Shown: positions 18,414 to 26,466, numbered from the stretch's first letter. The stretch is 64,000 bases of DNA from an uncultured virus (IMG/VR IMGVR_UViG_3300044727_000112) (IMGVR_UViG_3300044727_000112); one strand, 5' to 3'. Numbers and translations: made by a program. The notes: generated by a model from the sequence alone, not told the origin.

Positions 18414-18941
18414 TCAAGATTCATAGGCTGCCACCTGCCGTAAAATGAGCTTCATGACCTTGCGACGGCCCCCCGGCGATAAATGATAACCGTGCCCCCA
18501 CGAGGTCTTGATCTCGATCCCATGCGGCGCCAGCCGCTGGCGAATACGGCAGAGATGCACATACACGGTCTGCGGGGTCATGGTGTCGGTGGCGCGGTCG
18601 CGCAGCAGGCTGGGCTGCTGGATCAGCCCCAGCAACAGCGAAATCTCGGTCGGGGTCAGCCCGAACAGCTGCTGCATCGCAATGAAGAACTGATCGCGGT
18701 TCTCGGTCACCAGGCGGGACAGCTGCAGCGCGCGCTGATCGCGCGGGAACCCAGGCGGCCAGTCATCGCGCGGCAGGTCCAGCAGCCGGCCGGTCTCCTG
18801 CGCCCGCTGCAGACGGACGCGCACCAGATCGGATGACATCTTGATGGCGCGGGCGATGGCACGCAGCGGTACCCCCTCGTCCGCCAGGCGGATGGCGATG
18901 TCGGGTAGTGCTTGGTCTAGGACTAGGGCCTCACATCCCAT
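18414..18941 (-). CDS. receiver-less regulator: N-terminal HTH + OmpR/CtrA-type winged-helix domain
   Basis: GVPLRAIARAIKMS HTH; C-terminal TVYVHLCRIRQRL...IKTSWGHGYHL. Confidence 0.8.
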   Translation of the reverse strand: MGCEALVLDQALPDIAIRLADEGVPLRAIARAIKMSSDLVRVRLQRAQETGRLLDLPRDDWPPGFPRDQRALQLSRLVTENRDQFFIAMQQLFGLTPTEISLLLGLIQQPSLLRDRATDTMTPQTVYVHLCRIRQRLAPHGIEIKTSWGHGYHLSPGGRRKVMKLILRQVAAYES

Positions 18942-19139
18942 GAATCATCAATAGATCGATTCATGATGATCGAAAAGAAGAAAAGGAGACCGGCAGCGCA
19001 GCCGATCCCCCCAAGTCACCTACTGGAGAGCGTGCTGTTGTAGCGCAGATTCGGGCTAAAAACACAGCAAAACAGCGGGACAAAGCGTGAATCCACCGAT
19101 TCGTTACCACTTCACCCCGATGCTGAAGAAGAGCTCAAC

Positions 19140-19709
19140 ATGTATCGCCATCGCCACCTCACCACCGCCGAAGCCGCCTGGTGCATGAAGGAGTTCCTGG
19201 ACGGCAGGAGCCAGAGCTCGATCGCTCGAGCCATTGGCTATGTCCAAATTTCCAATTTACTGATGCGGTTCTATTCCAAGTTCGGCTGGTGGTCGACCGA
19301 GTTCAGCCATGAATTGAATTACGGCAAGCGCCGCCAGCTCTATTTCCGGCAGGCGCTCGACAATTACATTTTCGCCGGTCATGAAATCGTACAGCCAAAA
19401 TTGGTGGAGAAACCGGAGCCGGCACGGGAGCCGGATTATAGCAACGAAGAATATCCGGTCTGGTCTGAGCGTGGTGCGAATTTTCCCTGGAAAACATTTT
19501 CTAACGCCCGCGGGGAGCACGCCTGGCTGCTGCGGGCGGAAGGATTGACCTATCGGCAGGTGGGAGAGCGGCTGGGCGGCCTCAGTGTCGAACGCGCCCG
19601 ACAAATTATTACCAAGCAGGGGCGGCGAATGTCGTGGGCGCTGCGACGGACCAAATTTATATTCGAATATCCAGGCGAGCGTGAGGCAGAATATTTCCAA
19701 AATTGGTAG
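19140..19709 (+). CDS. sigma70 region-4-like HTH protein
   Basis: LRAEGLTYRQVGERLGGLSVERARQI; second HTH-like segment GRSQSSIARAIG at the N-terminus. Confidence 0.7.
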   Translation: MYRHRHLTTAEAAWCMKEFLDGRSQSSIARAIGYVQISNLLMRFYSKFGWWSTEFSHELNYGKRRQLYFRQALDNYIFAGHEIVQPKLVEKPEPAREPDYSNEEYPVWSERGANFPWKTFSNARGEHAWLLRAEGLTYRQVGERLGGLSVERARQIITKQGRRMSWALRRTKFIFEYPGEREAEYFQNW

Positions 19710-20596
19710 TGGGAGGGTTTTTTTGGTTTTTGGAATTTTGGAAATTGATTTTTTGGGTTTTTAGAATTTTGGAAATTGATTTTTTGGGTTTTTAGATTTT
19801 CGTCCCGCATATAATTAGCTTTGGTAACTAATTTGAATAAGTATTTTAATACCTCATAGTATTTTAATACCATTGGATTTTTGGGGTGGTAGTTATTTCA
19901 TACCTCCAGGAAAAAGATATGCGCGGGGCCGGCCGCCTGGCCACCCTCTGGGTGGGGTCACCCCCTACCCCTACACCACAGACCACGGCTGCTGGCCAAC
20001 TCGAGAGGCAATTAAAACGGTACCGGAATATTGGTAGATGTGTAGGTAGAAATTAATTCATAATAAAAAACCTAATGATATCAATGCATGGTCTCGGACA
20101 TAATATCCGCACCCCTGTCCGACCGGTCAAGAGCTCGAGTCCAGAGCCCCAAACCGGATTCCTAAAAAACCAATGAATCCAATGACTTAGAATTAATCTT
20201 TTTTCACAATCTCGGAATCCGCTCCAAAAAAAATAGAGAGACCTCTCCCAGACAATCACTCAAAATCTCACAAGCAAACAATTACCTAATTATATAGACT
20301 CGTAACGAATAAAATTATACCTTCATGTAAGCTATTGATTCTGAATGAAAATAAATTGTCGATAGAGATTCTTGTCAAATTTTTAATTATTTAGTTACAA
20401 ATGGTCCTAATCGCGGGAAGAGCCCAAAGTACCCCCTGATCGAGGCCTCTATACCTCGAAAACGCGAGATTCCGAGATTGTTAGGATCAAACCTTTTCAC
20501 CGGGCCCTGCCGTCCAGCGCGATTTTTTTGGTTGCGCCCGAAAAAAATCTATAATGCCTTGATTCCATTGAATAAAAAAATTATTTTTGCAATTGA
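19710..20596. other. AT-rich non-coding region: putative genome end/packaging site or origin
   Basis: About 900 bp without a credible ORF; repeats, a GC-rich core at 19921-19980 and IHF-like sites. Confidence 0.6.
19715..19800. repeat. 31-bp tandem repeat with phased T-tracts
   Basis: GAATTTTGGAAATTGATTTTTTGGGTTTTTA at 19733 and 19764, plus degenerate flanks. Confidence 0.9.
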
Positions 20597-20614
20597 GGTT
20601 GACAATTGTCAACC
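20597..20614. promoter_or_regulatory. 18-bp palindromic operator over TTGACA (copy 1)
   Basis: GGTTGACAATTGTCAACC, perfect palindrome. Confidence 0.8.
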
Positions 20615-20684
20615 AACATGCAATTTATCCGGTCGACGCGGCAATGGTGCCGCAGAGCTCTAAAGGCAAAACGGAGTTGCGACC

Positions 20685-20834
20685 ATGTACCTCTACTATT
20701 TCGCAGAATATGCTTATGGCCACAGCGCGGGTCCATTCAATCATTTCGCCCTCGCCTTTAATTGGTACGGTCAAAACACGCGCTTCGGCTGCAACGAGTC
20801 GGTTTGGCTGGTTCCCGGCACGGTGCAGTCATGA
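20685..20834 (+). CDS. small aromatic-rich early protein (49 aa)
   Basis: Not in the track: MYLYYFAEYAYGHSAGPFNHFALAFNWYGQNTRFGCNESVWLVPGTVQS; GGAG RBS; ATGA overlap downstream. Confidence 0.6.
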   Translation: MYLYYFAEYAYGHSAGPFNHFALAFNWYGQNTRFGCNESVWLVPGTVQS

Positions 20835-21343
20835 ACCGCGATCCCATCTTTGACGGCCTCGACAACGATTTGTCGGACACTGGCGCGCCTCAGCCTGCCG
20901 TTCATGACATGCGCGGCCGCTTGCAGTCAGCTGCCGACGCCACCCGCTTCATTCTTGCCGGCAAAGCGACAATTACGCTTCGATCGCAGAAAACCGGCAC
21001 TCGCTTCACCTATAAAATCGCCGCGGCAGAAAGCGGCGATACCTTCTTTGTCGGCTTGCTTCATGGTGCCGACAACGAGTCCGACTACGCCTATTTGGGG
21101 CGAATCGCGCGTGGCATCTTTTGGCACGGCCGCAAAATTCCGCGCGCCGGCGATATTTCCAAGGATGCACCAAGCGCAAGAGCATTCGATTGGACCTGGC
21201 GCGCGCTGGCGCGCGGCACTCTGCCCGATCAATTGGAGATATGGCACGAAGGCCAATGCGGCCGTTGCGGCCGCAAATTGACCGTGCCGGAGTCGGTCGC
21301 ACAAGGCTTCGGTCCCGAGTGCATCACTAAAGTAGGAATCTAG
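20831..21343 (+). CDS. DUF6011 zinc-ribbon protein
   Basis: C-terminal CGRCGRKLTVPESVAQGFGPEC. Confidence 0.8.
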   Translation: MNRDPIFDGLDNDLSDTGAPQPAVHDMRGRLQSAADATRFILAGKATITLRSQKTGTRFTYKIAAAESGDTFFVGLLHGADNESDYAYLGRIARGIFWHGRKIPRAGDISKDAPSARAFDWTWRALARGTLPDQLEIWHEGQCGRCGRKLTVPESVAQGFGPECITKVGI

Positions 21344-21440
21344 CGCAACCAAAATAGCGGGGTCACCTACCTACCGGCCCCCCACTCAAATCGCACCAGC
21401 GAGCTCCCTACGGGCTCGCCAACACAAGGCAAACGACCAA

Positions 21441-21665
21441 ATGAGCCGAAATATCCCAAAACTACGAATCTGGCGCGTGACCGTGTTCTGGGACCAGCCA
21501 GCAGGTTCCACCCTACGCGAGACCCGACATTATTTCGTGCATGCCCCCAACAAGCGCTTCGCCTGGTGGAACGCGCGCGATGAAATTTTGGCCGATGTCG
21601 GTGCCGCTCGCTTCATTGCGCGCGATCGCGTGACCATCGGATTGACTGGTAAATTTAGAGCTTGA
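21441..21665 (+). CDS. hypothetical early protein
   Basis: 74 aa ORF between a hairpin and a promoter. Confidence 0.55.
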   Translation: MSRNIPKLRIWRVTVFWDQPAGSTLRETRHYFVHAPNKRFAWWNARDEILADVGAARFIARDRVTIGLTGKFRA

Positions 21666-21680
21666 CTTTCCCATTTTACT

Positions 21681-21698
21681 GGTTGACAATAGTCAACC
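21681..21698. promoter_or_regulatory. palindromic operator (copy 2)
   Basis: GGTTGACAATAGTCAACC; overlaps the -10 of TTGACT-N17-GACAAT. Confidence 0.75.
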
Positions 21699-21727
21699 GT
21701 TTAAATTCCAACTCTATAGGCAAGACC

Positions 21728-22429
21728 ATGAATATGTCGATAAAGGACGCGATCAATATCGCGGGTCCGTTAGGCTACCCCGCAAAGATGCCGGGAACAT
21801 CATACGGCATTAGCGCGCATGCTTGCCTCACCGGTAGCAAGCTCGCTAAAATCGAAGGCAGCACTTGCCATGGCTGTTACGCGCTCAAGGCAAACTACCT
21901 CTATCCAAGTGTCGCCATGGCGCACGAAAAGCGCCTTGCCGGTATCGCGCATCCGTCTTGGACTATCGCCATGGTGACATTGCTCAACGCCGCGCATGCC
22001 CGCGGCACCGGGCGCAATGGCGCAATTGAGTCAGGCTGGCATCGCTGGCATGATTCGGGCGATATTCAGAGCGTGGCGCATCTCACTAAAATATGCGCAG
22101 TGGCTGCAATGACGTCTCACATCCGGCATTGGTTGCCGACGCGCGAGCTCGGACTCGTGAAACAATACCAAGCGCAAGGTGGCGCGGTGCCGTCGAACCT
22201 AGTCATTCGAGTCAGTGCCACCATGGTCGACGGACCCGCGACCAAAGCATGGCCAACAACGTCTGGCGTGCACACTAAGGCAATGCATTTTTCGCCAATG
22301 AATGACGCGCCCGCACCGGATGGCCCCTTGAGTCACATTTGTCCCGCTCCGCTGCAGGGACATAAATGCGGCACCTGCCGTGCCTGCTGGTCGCATGATG
22401 TCAAATCAGTCAGCTATCGTTTGCACTGA
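21728..22429 (+). CDS. GP88-family (radical-SAM-like, Cys-rich) protein
   Basis: KMPG, C...CHGCYA, RWHDSGD, HWLPTRE, CPA...CGTCRACW. Confidence 0.8.
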   Translation: MNMSIKDAINIAGPLGYPAKMPGTSYGISAHACLTGSKLAKIEGSTCHGCYALKANYLYPSVAMAHEKRLAGIAHPSWTIAMVTLLNAAHARGTGRNGAIESGWHRWHDSGDIQSVAHLTKICAVAAMTSHIRHWLPTRELGLVKQYQAQGGAVPSNLVIRVSATMVDGPATKAWPTTSGVHTKAMHFSPMNDAPAPDGPLSHICPAPLQGHKCGTCRACWSHDVKSVSYRLH

Positions 22430-22493
22430 ATTGCAGCCTATGCACCACGGGCGCGGCCGCGCGTTTGGTAACGTGGTGCATAACCGGCAATTC
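22428..22493 (+). promoter_or_regulatory. long intergenic hairpin, possible RNase III site
   Basis: GAATTGC/GCAATTC and TATGCACCACG/CGTGGTGCATA arms separated by a 4x4 internal loop. Confidence 0.6.
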
Positions 22494-22518
22494 TGCCGAT
22501 AACGAAAAGGCAATGATC

Positions 22519-22824
22519 ATGTACACGTCTAAAAATTTCAAGAGTAAGAAAGAATTCAAGCAAGCCGTCGAAGCTTGGAACGCTTGGCAAGCGGCCAAAG
22601 TGTCTTATGTTTCCGGCGCGCCGACATTGACAGTTGGCGCAGTGTTGGCCGACACAATCAATCCGCGCCCCGCCCCTGCCGTCACCTATTTCCAGCCGGG
22701 ACCATTTGGCGGTAATGAGCCACGCGATGGCGTGCTCTATTTCGAGGGCCCACATTATCCACAGCCCCATCGTTGGTACGCGCAAGCCATCGCCAAAGAC
22801 GGCGTGATCGTCAAGGTGAAGTGA
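22519..22824 (+). CDS. hypothetical phage protein
   Basis: MYTSKNFKSKK...QPGPFG...EGPHYPQPHRWYA. Confidence 0.7.
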   Translation: MYTSKNFKSKKEFKQAVEAWNAWQAAKVSYVSGAPTLTVGAVLADTINPRPAPAVTYFQPGPFGGNEPRDGVLYFEGPHYPQPHRWYAQAIAKDGVIVKVK

Positions 22825-22825
22825 T

Positions 22826-23050
22826 ATGGCCATCCACCTCGTCATCAAAGGCAATGTCGGGCAAGCCTATCGCGCCGCCAGCGACCATCGCATTTCGCTC
22901 AATCGAGTCGAAGTGAATAACCCCAACGAAGTGCTGGCGCGGTGCGCCAGCGACTACCGCCCGCTGGTGGTGCAGTGGTTCACCGAGGAACCAGCCCAAG
23001 CGCCATTCCCGGCCGGTACCTTGCTGCTATTTACGGAGTCGGAGTCATGA
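22826..23050 (+). CDS. hypothetical protein
   Basis: Tightly packed 74 aa ORF. Confidence 0.6.
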   Translation: MAIHLVIKGNVGQAYRAASDHRISLNRVEVNNPNEVLARCASDYRPLVVQWFTEEPAQAPFPAGTLLLFTESES

Positions 23051-23358
23051 TCGATGATGAAGAGATGACAGGAACCGGGCCTATTTACGACGTTGCAGCC
23101 GCACGCTGGGGGATTGCTTACCATAGCAGCAACTCAACGCCACGCTCCAAACGATGGTACCGCGTGTCCCGCATGGTCTATGCCGATGGTGGATGGTTCG
23201 AGCTCTACTGGCATGCCGAAGTGAGTCTACGCGGCGACAATCTCAAGGAACTGCAGCGCAAAGCGCGCAACTATGGTTTGGACCTGTTGCCCGGTCTCTT
23301 TCACGATATGCGCGCGTCGACATGCCGGCGCGGTGGCGAAATGGAGCGCACGCTATGA
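23047..23358 (+). CDS. hypothetical protein
   Basis: GGAG RBS, ATGA overlaps on both sides. Confidence 0.6.
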   Translation: MIDDEEMTGTGPIYDVAAARWGIAYHSSNSTPRSKRWYRVSRMVYADGGWFELYWHAEVSLRGDNLKELQRKARNYGLDLLPGLFHDMRASTCRRGGEMERTL

Positions 23359-23507
23359 CCAAAATGTTCAAATTAGCGGTGGCTGTCAGCATGCTCGCGT
23401 TCGCGCTGTTGGGCTTCAGTCTGTATCAATACGCCCGCGACTATTACAACCTGCTGGACTGGGCGTGCGAGCACGGCAATGGTGGCTACGAATGTGGAGA
23501 AATGTAA
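23355..23507 (+). CDS. small single-TM protein
   Basis: MTKMFKLAVAVSMLAFALLGFSLY... Confidence 0.55.
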   Translation: MTKMFKLAVAVSMLAFALLGFSLYQYARDYYNLLDWACEHGNGGYECGEM

Positions 23508-23508
23508 A

Positions 23509-23727
23509 ATGATAACTTCAACCGATTTGGAAAGCATCGCAAAAGTAGTTGGTGTATTACTCCTTACCGCGCATGTGGCTGCGTTTATCTCCATGATTCC
23601 AGGGATCGTGTTATCTGGTCTTTTCCCGCATCCATGGACATTTGGGATTGTGTTTTTAGCTACATGGGCTGGTTGTTTTTGGTATGTTGACCAAGGATAT
23701 TTGATGAAGAAAAGAGTCGAGTCATGA
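23509..23727 (+). CDS. small two-TM protein
   Basis: GGAG RBS; two hydrophobic helices. Confidence 0.55.
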   Translation: MITSTDLESIAKVVGVLLLTAHVAAFISMIPGIVLSGLFPHPWTFGIVFLATWAGCFWYVDQGYLMKKRVES

Positions 23728-23828
23728 CCATCAAATTACACCAGTTGCTAAACAATCCGACCGTGCGCAATTGCCTGTATTTTCTGGCCTTGATGGCTGC
23801 AATCGGATTGCTGTCACTGTTGCGATGA
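23724..23828 (+). CDS. 34-aa TM peptide
   Basis: MTIKLHQLLNNPTVRNCLYFLALMAAIGLLSLLR; ATGA overlap. Confidence 0.45.
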   Translation: MTIKLHQLLNNPTVRNCLYFLALMAAIGLLSLLR

Positions 23829-23910
23829 GCTTCGGCCGCATTGATAAACCTGACGCATGCGGCCAAGCGGTGCCGGGCTCTCTTCCCTAGCAGGGAGAGT
23901 CCGGCACTTG
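23829..23910 (+). terminator. tandem hairpins / possible terminator
   Basis: GGCCGCAT/ATGCGGCC, then GTGCCGGGCTCTC/GAGAGTCCGGCAC followed by TTGT. Confidence 0.55.
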
Positions 23911-23922
23911 TAAAATTACTAA

Positions 23923-23953
23923 GGTTGACAATTGTAAACCAATACGCTACGTT
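23923..23953 (+). promoter_or_regulatory. operator copy 3 + sigma70 promoter
   Basis: GGTTGACAATTGTAAACC; TTGACA-N17-TACGTT. Confidence 0.75.
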
Positions 23954-23981
23954 GAATTATCAAACGAAGGAAGCTGAAACG

Positions 23982-24161
23982 ATGACTGACAGCGAAAAAC
24001 TTTTGTTGATCATCCTGCAGCGTGCGCCGGACTCCAACACAATAGCGGTCGTGCTGCAGAGCTATATCGCCGAGATGGGGCCATTGAGCGAAGCGGCTGG
24101 AGCCAAAGTCAGAAAATTACTGCAACAGAGGCAAGACCATGAAAGCCAAAAACATCACTGA
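23982..24161 (+). CDS. hypothetical protein
   Basis: AAGGA RBS, first ORF after the promoter. Confidence 0.55.
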   Translation: MTDSEKLLLIILQRAPDSNTIAVVLQSYIAEMGPLSEAAGAKVRKLLQQRQDHESQKHH

Positions 24162-24342
24162 GCTCGCCGCCGACATGCTGGCAATCGTGCCAGAGGGCAC
24201 TTCATCGATAGAGGTCTTGATTGCCTGCAATGTCATGGCGAGCTTCATTATCAAGGAATGCTGCCCGCAAGAATGCCGGCGCGATGCAGCGGAGAAATTC
24301 GTGAGCGATTTTTACGATCTACTGCTGACAAAGGATGATTGA
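24139..24342 (+). CDS. hypothetical protein
   Basis: 67 aa packed ORF. Confidence 0.55.
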   Translation: MKAKNITELAADMLAIVPEGTSSIEVLIACNVMASFIIKECCPQECRRDAAEKFVSDFYDLLLTKDD

Positions 24343-24345
24343 TCA

Positions 24346-24591
24346 ATGCCTGATAAAAACACAATCGACTACTGGGAGCTTGGATTCAATCTGCACGAAA
24401 AAGAACCCGAATTGATGGCAATCGAAGTGTGGTGGCGTGCTGCCAAAGTCGTGCTGACCGAAGCCAGGGACGATCAATTTGATTTTATCTACGGCTATCT
24501 GGCAGCCGTTAAACAGAGGTCTGCGTATGAACAAGAGCACAGTGGTGAACCCGGAGGATATCAAACAGCAAGCTGCGATGAGCATGATTAG
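24346..24591 (+). CDS. hypothetical protein
   Basis: AAGGA RBS, 81 aa. Confidence 0.55.
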   Translation: MPDKNTIDYWELGFNLHEKEPELMAIEVWWRAAKVVLTEARDDQFDFIYGYLAAVKQRSAYEQEHSGEPGGYQTASCDEHD

Positions 24592-24772
24592 CTCTGGTCT
24601 GGCCACGGTGGGGGAGGTCGCGCATTTGCGCGGTGTCTCCCGCCAGGCCATCCAAAAGGCTACTCGCAATCTGCAGCCGCGCCGCCGGCGCGAGGTCTAT
24701 CTTCGTAATATTTGGAAGCAAACAATCAAGCGAACAATAAAGCGAACGATCAAGCAACTGCGATCCAGCTAG
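24527..24772 (+). CDS. small HTH DNA-binding protein
   Basis: ATVGEVAHLRGVSRQAIQK HTH; GAGG RBS. Confidence 0.7.
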   Translation: MNKSTVVNPEDIKQQAAMSMISSGLATVGEVAHLRGVSRQAIQKATRNLQPRRRREVYLRNIWKQTIKRTIKRTIKQLRSS

Positions 24773-24885
24773 GCACCGCTCCGATTGCCTGTATCGGTTA
24801 GCGTGGGAGTCGATATTTCGTAACGAAAGTCTCGCCTGCGGAGAGCGGTGCCTTTGGTGGTGCGCATGAACACCACCGCTCATGG
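24771..24885 (+). ncRNA. candidate structured RNA leader
   Basis: 11-bp closing stem 24771-81/24843-53 enclosing two hairpins, then a GGTGGTG/CACCACC hairpin. Confidence 0.45.
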
Positions 24886-24958
24886 TCCGTTCAAGGCTTG
24901 ACAACCCACGCATCAATTCAAATGGAGGGGATACGATGATTGAGCAAGAGGCCGGAAC

Positions 24959-25747
24959 ATGAGTAGCCAAGGAAGAGGGATTGGACAGGTCGCATACCAA
25001 AAACGGCTTTCGCTTTTGGGTATGGAAGAGTTGGCAGCACGCCAACGGATGATCGAGCCTAGCGGTGGAATCGTCTTCTCGCGTAATATTGATGGTGAAC
25101 AGAAGACTGCTGCGCGCGAGCAGGTGCTCGAGCTTTTCCATCCTTCGCACTGGCCTGGCAATTTACATATGCTGACGTTGCCGGGGCTGCAATGGCGGTT
25201 CGAGCGCAAACTGTTAGGCGCGCGTGAGGCTGGTTGGATGCGGTTTTCAAAGCCGAATGGCACCTACTTCACCACCTGCGAGAACGACCGTGCGATCTAT
25301 TTCGCGGCCGTGGCGCAGATGCCGGGGCTGCATACGCCGAAGTCCACACTCAAGAAAATCAAGTCCTATTCGTTTGCCGAGATGGGGGTGAAGACGTCCT
25401 ATGCATCGTTCTTTTTTGCCAACATCGATGACATGATGGGGTTGGACTGCTGGAATCGCGGCTGGGATGCGGCATGGCTCGACTACACCGGGCCATTGAC
25501 GGTGGAACGACTAGCGCGGATCAGCAAGTTTTATGCCCGCTATATTCATCACATCCTGATTGTGACTGCGCTTAAAGCACGCTGGAACGAAGAAACCAGC
25601 CGGACCATCGCGCGCGCGGGCGGTCATTCGACATGGCTACGCAAGCATCTTCCGGGCGATGTGCTGCATGATATCGAGTACCACGACAGTTCGCCGATGG
25701 TGCAGTTCGCGGTGTCCAAGACTCGTTGGAAATCACCGTTGGTTTGA
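24959..25747 (+). CDS. class I SAM-dependent methyltransferase-like protein
   Basis: LTLPG (motif I-like), TCEND (acidic motif II), NIDD, WDAAWLDYTGP (motif IV-like). Confidence 0.55.
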   Translation: MSSQGRGIGQVAYQKRLSLLGMEELAARQRMIEPSGGIVFSRNIDGEQKTAAREQVLELFHPSHWPGNLHMLTLPGLQWRFERKLLGAREAGWMRFSKPNGTYFTTCENDRAIYFAAVAQMPGLHTPKSTLKKIKSYSFAEMGVKTSYASFFFANIDDMMGLDCWNRGWDAAWLDYTGPLTVERLARISKFYARYIHHILIVTALKARWNEETSRTIARAGGHSTWLRKHLPGDVLHDIEYHDSSPMVQFAVSKTRWKSPLV

Positions 25748-25754
25748 GGAGATA

Positions 25755-25976
25755 ATGATGCGATCGCGGGAACAGCACCTCGAGTGGTGCAAGCAAAGAG
25801 CAAGGGAATATCTCAAAACCGGAGACATCCACAACGCCATCTCGTCCATGCTGTCGGATTTGAGTAAGCACCCCGACACCAAAATCGATAATCCGTTTCT
25901 ACCTATGGTGGGAATGCTGGCCGCCAGGGACAACGATCTCCCCGCCGCCGAACGGTTCATAGAGGGATTCCGCTGA
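25755..25976 (+). CDS. hypothetical phage protein
   Basis: GAGGAG RBS; HLEWCKQRAREYL...SDLSKHP. Confidence 0.65.
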   Translation: MMRSREQHLEWCKQRAREYLKTGDIHNAISSMLSDLSKHPDTKIDNPFLPMVGMLAARDNDLPAAERFIEGFR

Positions 25977-26239
25977 TGACCCGTGATGAGCGCATCGTTA
26001 AAGATTTGGCAACCAATTTGCGCGAGAAAATTGCGCGTAATATCAGCGATTTTTCTTCGCTCTGCGAGAGTGCGGAAGTGAATCCCAGGCTGATGGTTGC
26101 CGAGGTCATGACCTTGCTCCTCCAGGTAACGACAGCCTATGCCGTAATCCAATACAATATTTCATCCACCGAATTTACTGAGGCGGTAGGCAGATATTTT
26201 GAGCACGCGCAAAAAAAGCACCGGGAGAACAGCGAATGA
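25976..26239 (+). CDS. hypothetical protein
   Basis: TGATG coupling. Confidence 0.55.
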   Translation: MTRDERIVKDLATNLREKIARNISDFSSLCESAEVNPRLMVAEVMTLLLQVTTAYAVIQYNISSTEFTEAVGRYFEHAQKKHRENSE

Positions 26240-26466
26240 ATCTATATCCCTTTTACGAGGTGGCGGACGAAGCTCACAGAGCCGTGAAGAACGGCGCGAC
26301 CGTGCATCAGCAATTCAATTGCAGCCATTGCGGCACCAAGCAAACCGTCGAGACTCCCAATGTTTTCCACAAGCTTGGACTCTGCGAAGAGTGCGGCCAC
26401 ACCACCAATATCGAGCAGGACGGCTGCAACTTCATGTGTATCCTGGCGGTGAAAGCCCAGCCATGA
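26236..26466 (+). CDS. zinc-ribbon protein
   Basis: CSHCG...CEECG. Confidence 0.65.
   Translation: MNLYPFYEVADEAHRAVKNGATVHQQFNCSHCGTKQTVETPNVFHKLGLCEECGHTTNIEQDGCNFMCILAVKAQP

Noticed and set aside
19550..19873. 107-aa minus-strand ORF with KNPK-like repeats
   Set aside because: It is a translation of the T-tract DNA repeat and overlaps a better plus-strand gene.
20646..20658. GGTGCCGCAGAGC resembles the chi-phage cohesive end as I recall it
   Set aside because: It has an extra base, lies in an early transcript leader, and the terminase and head genes are not chi/lambda-like; probably chance.
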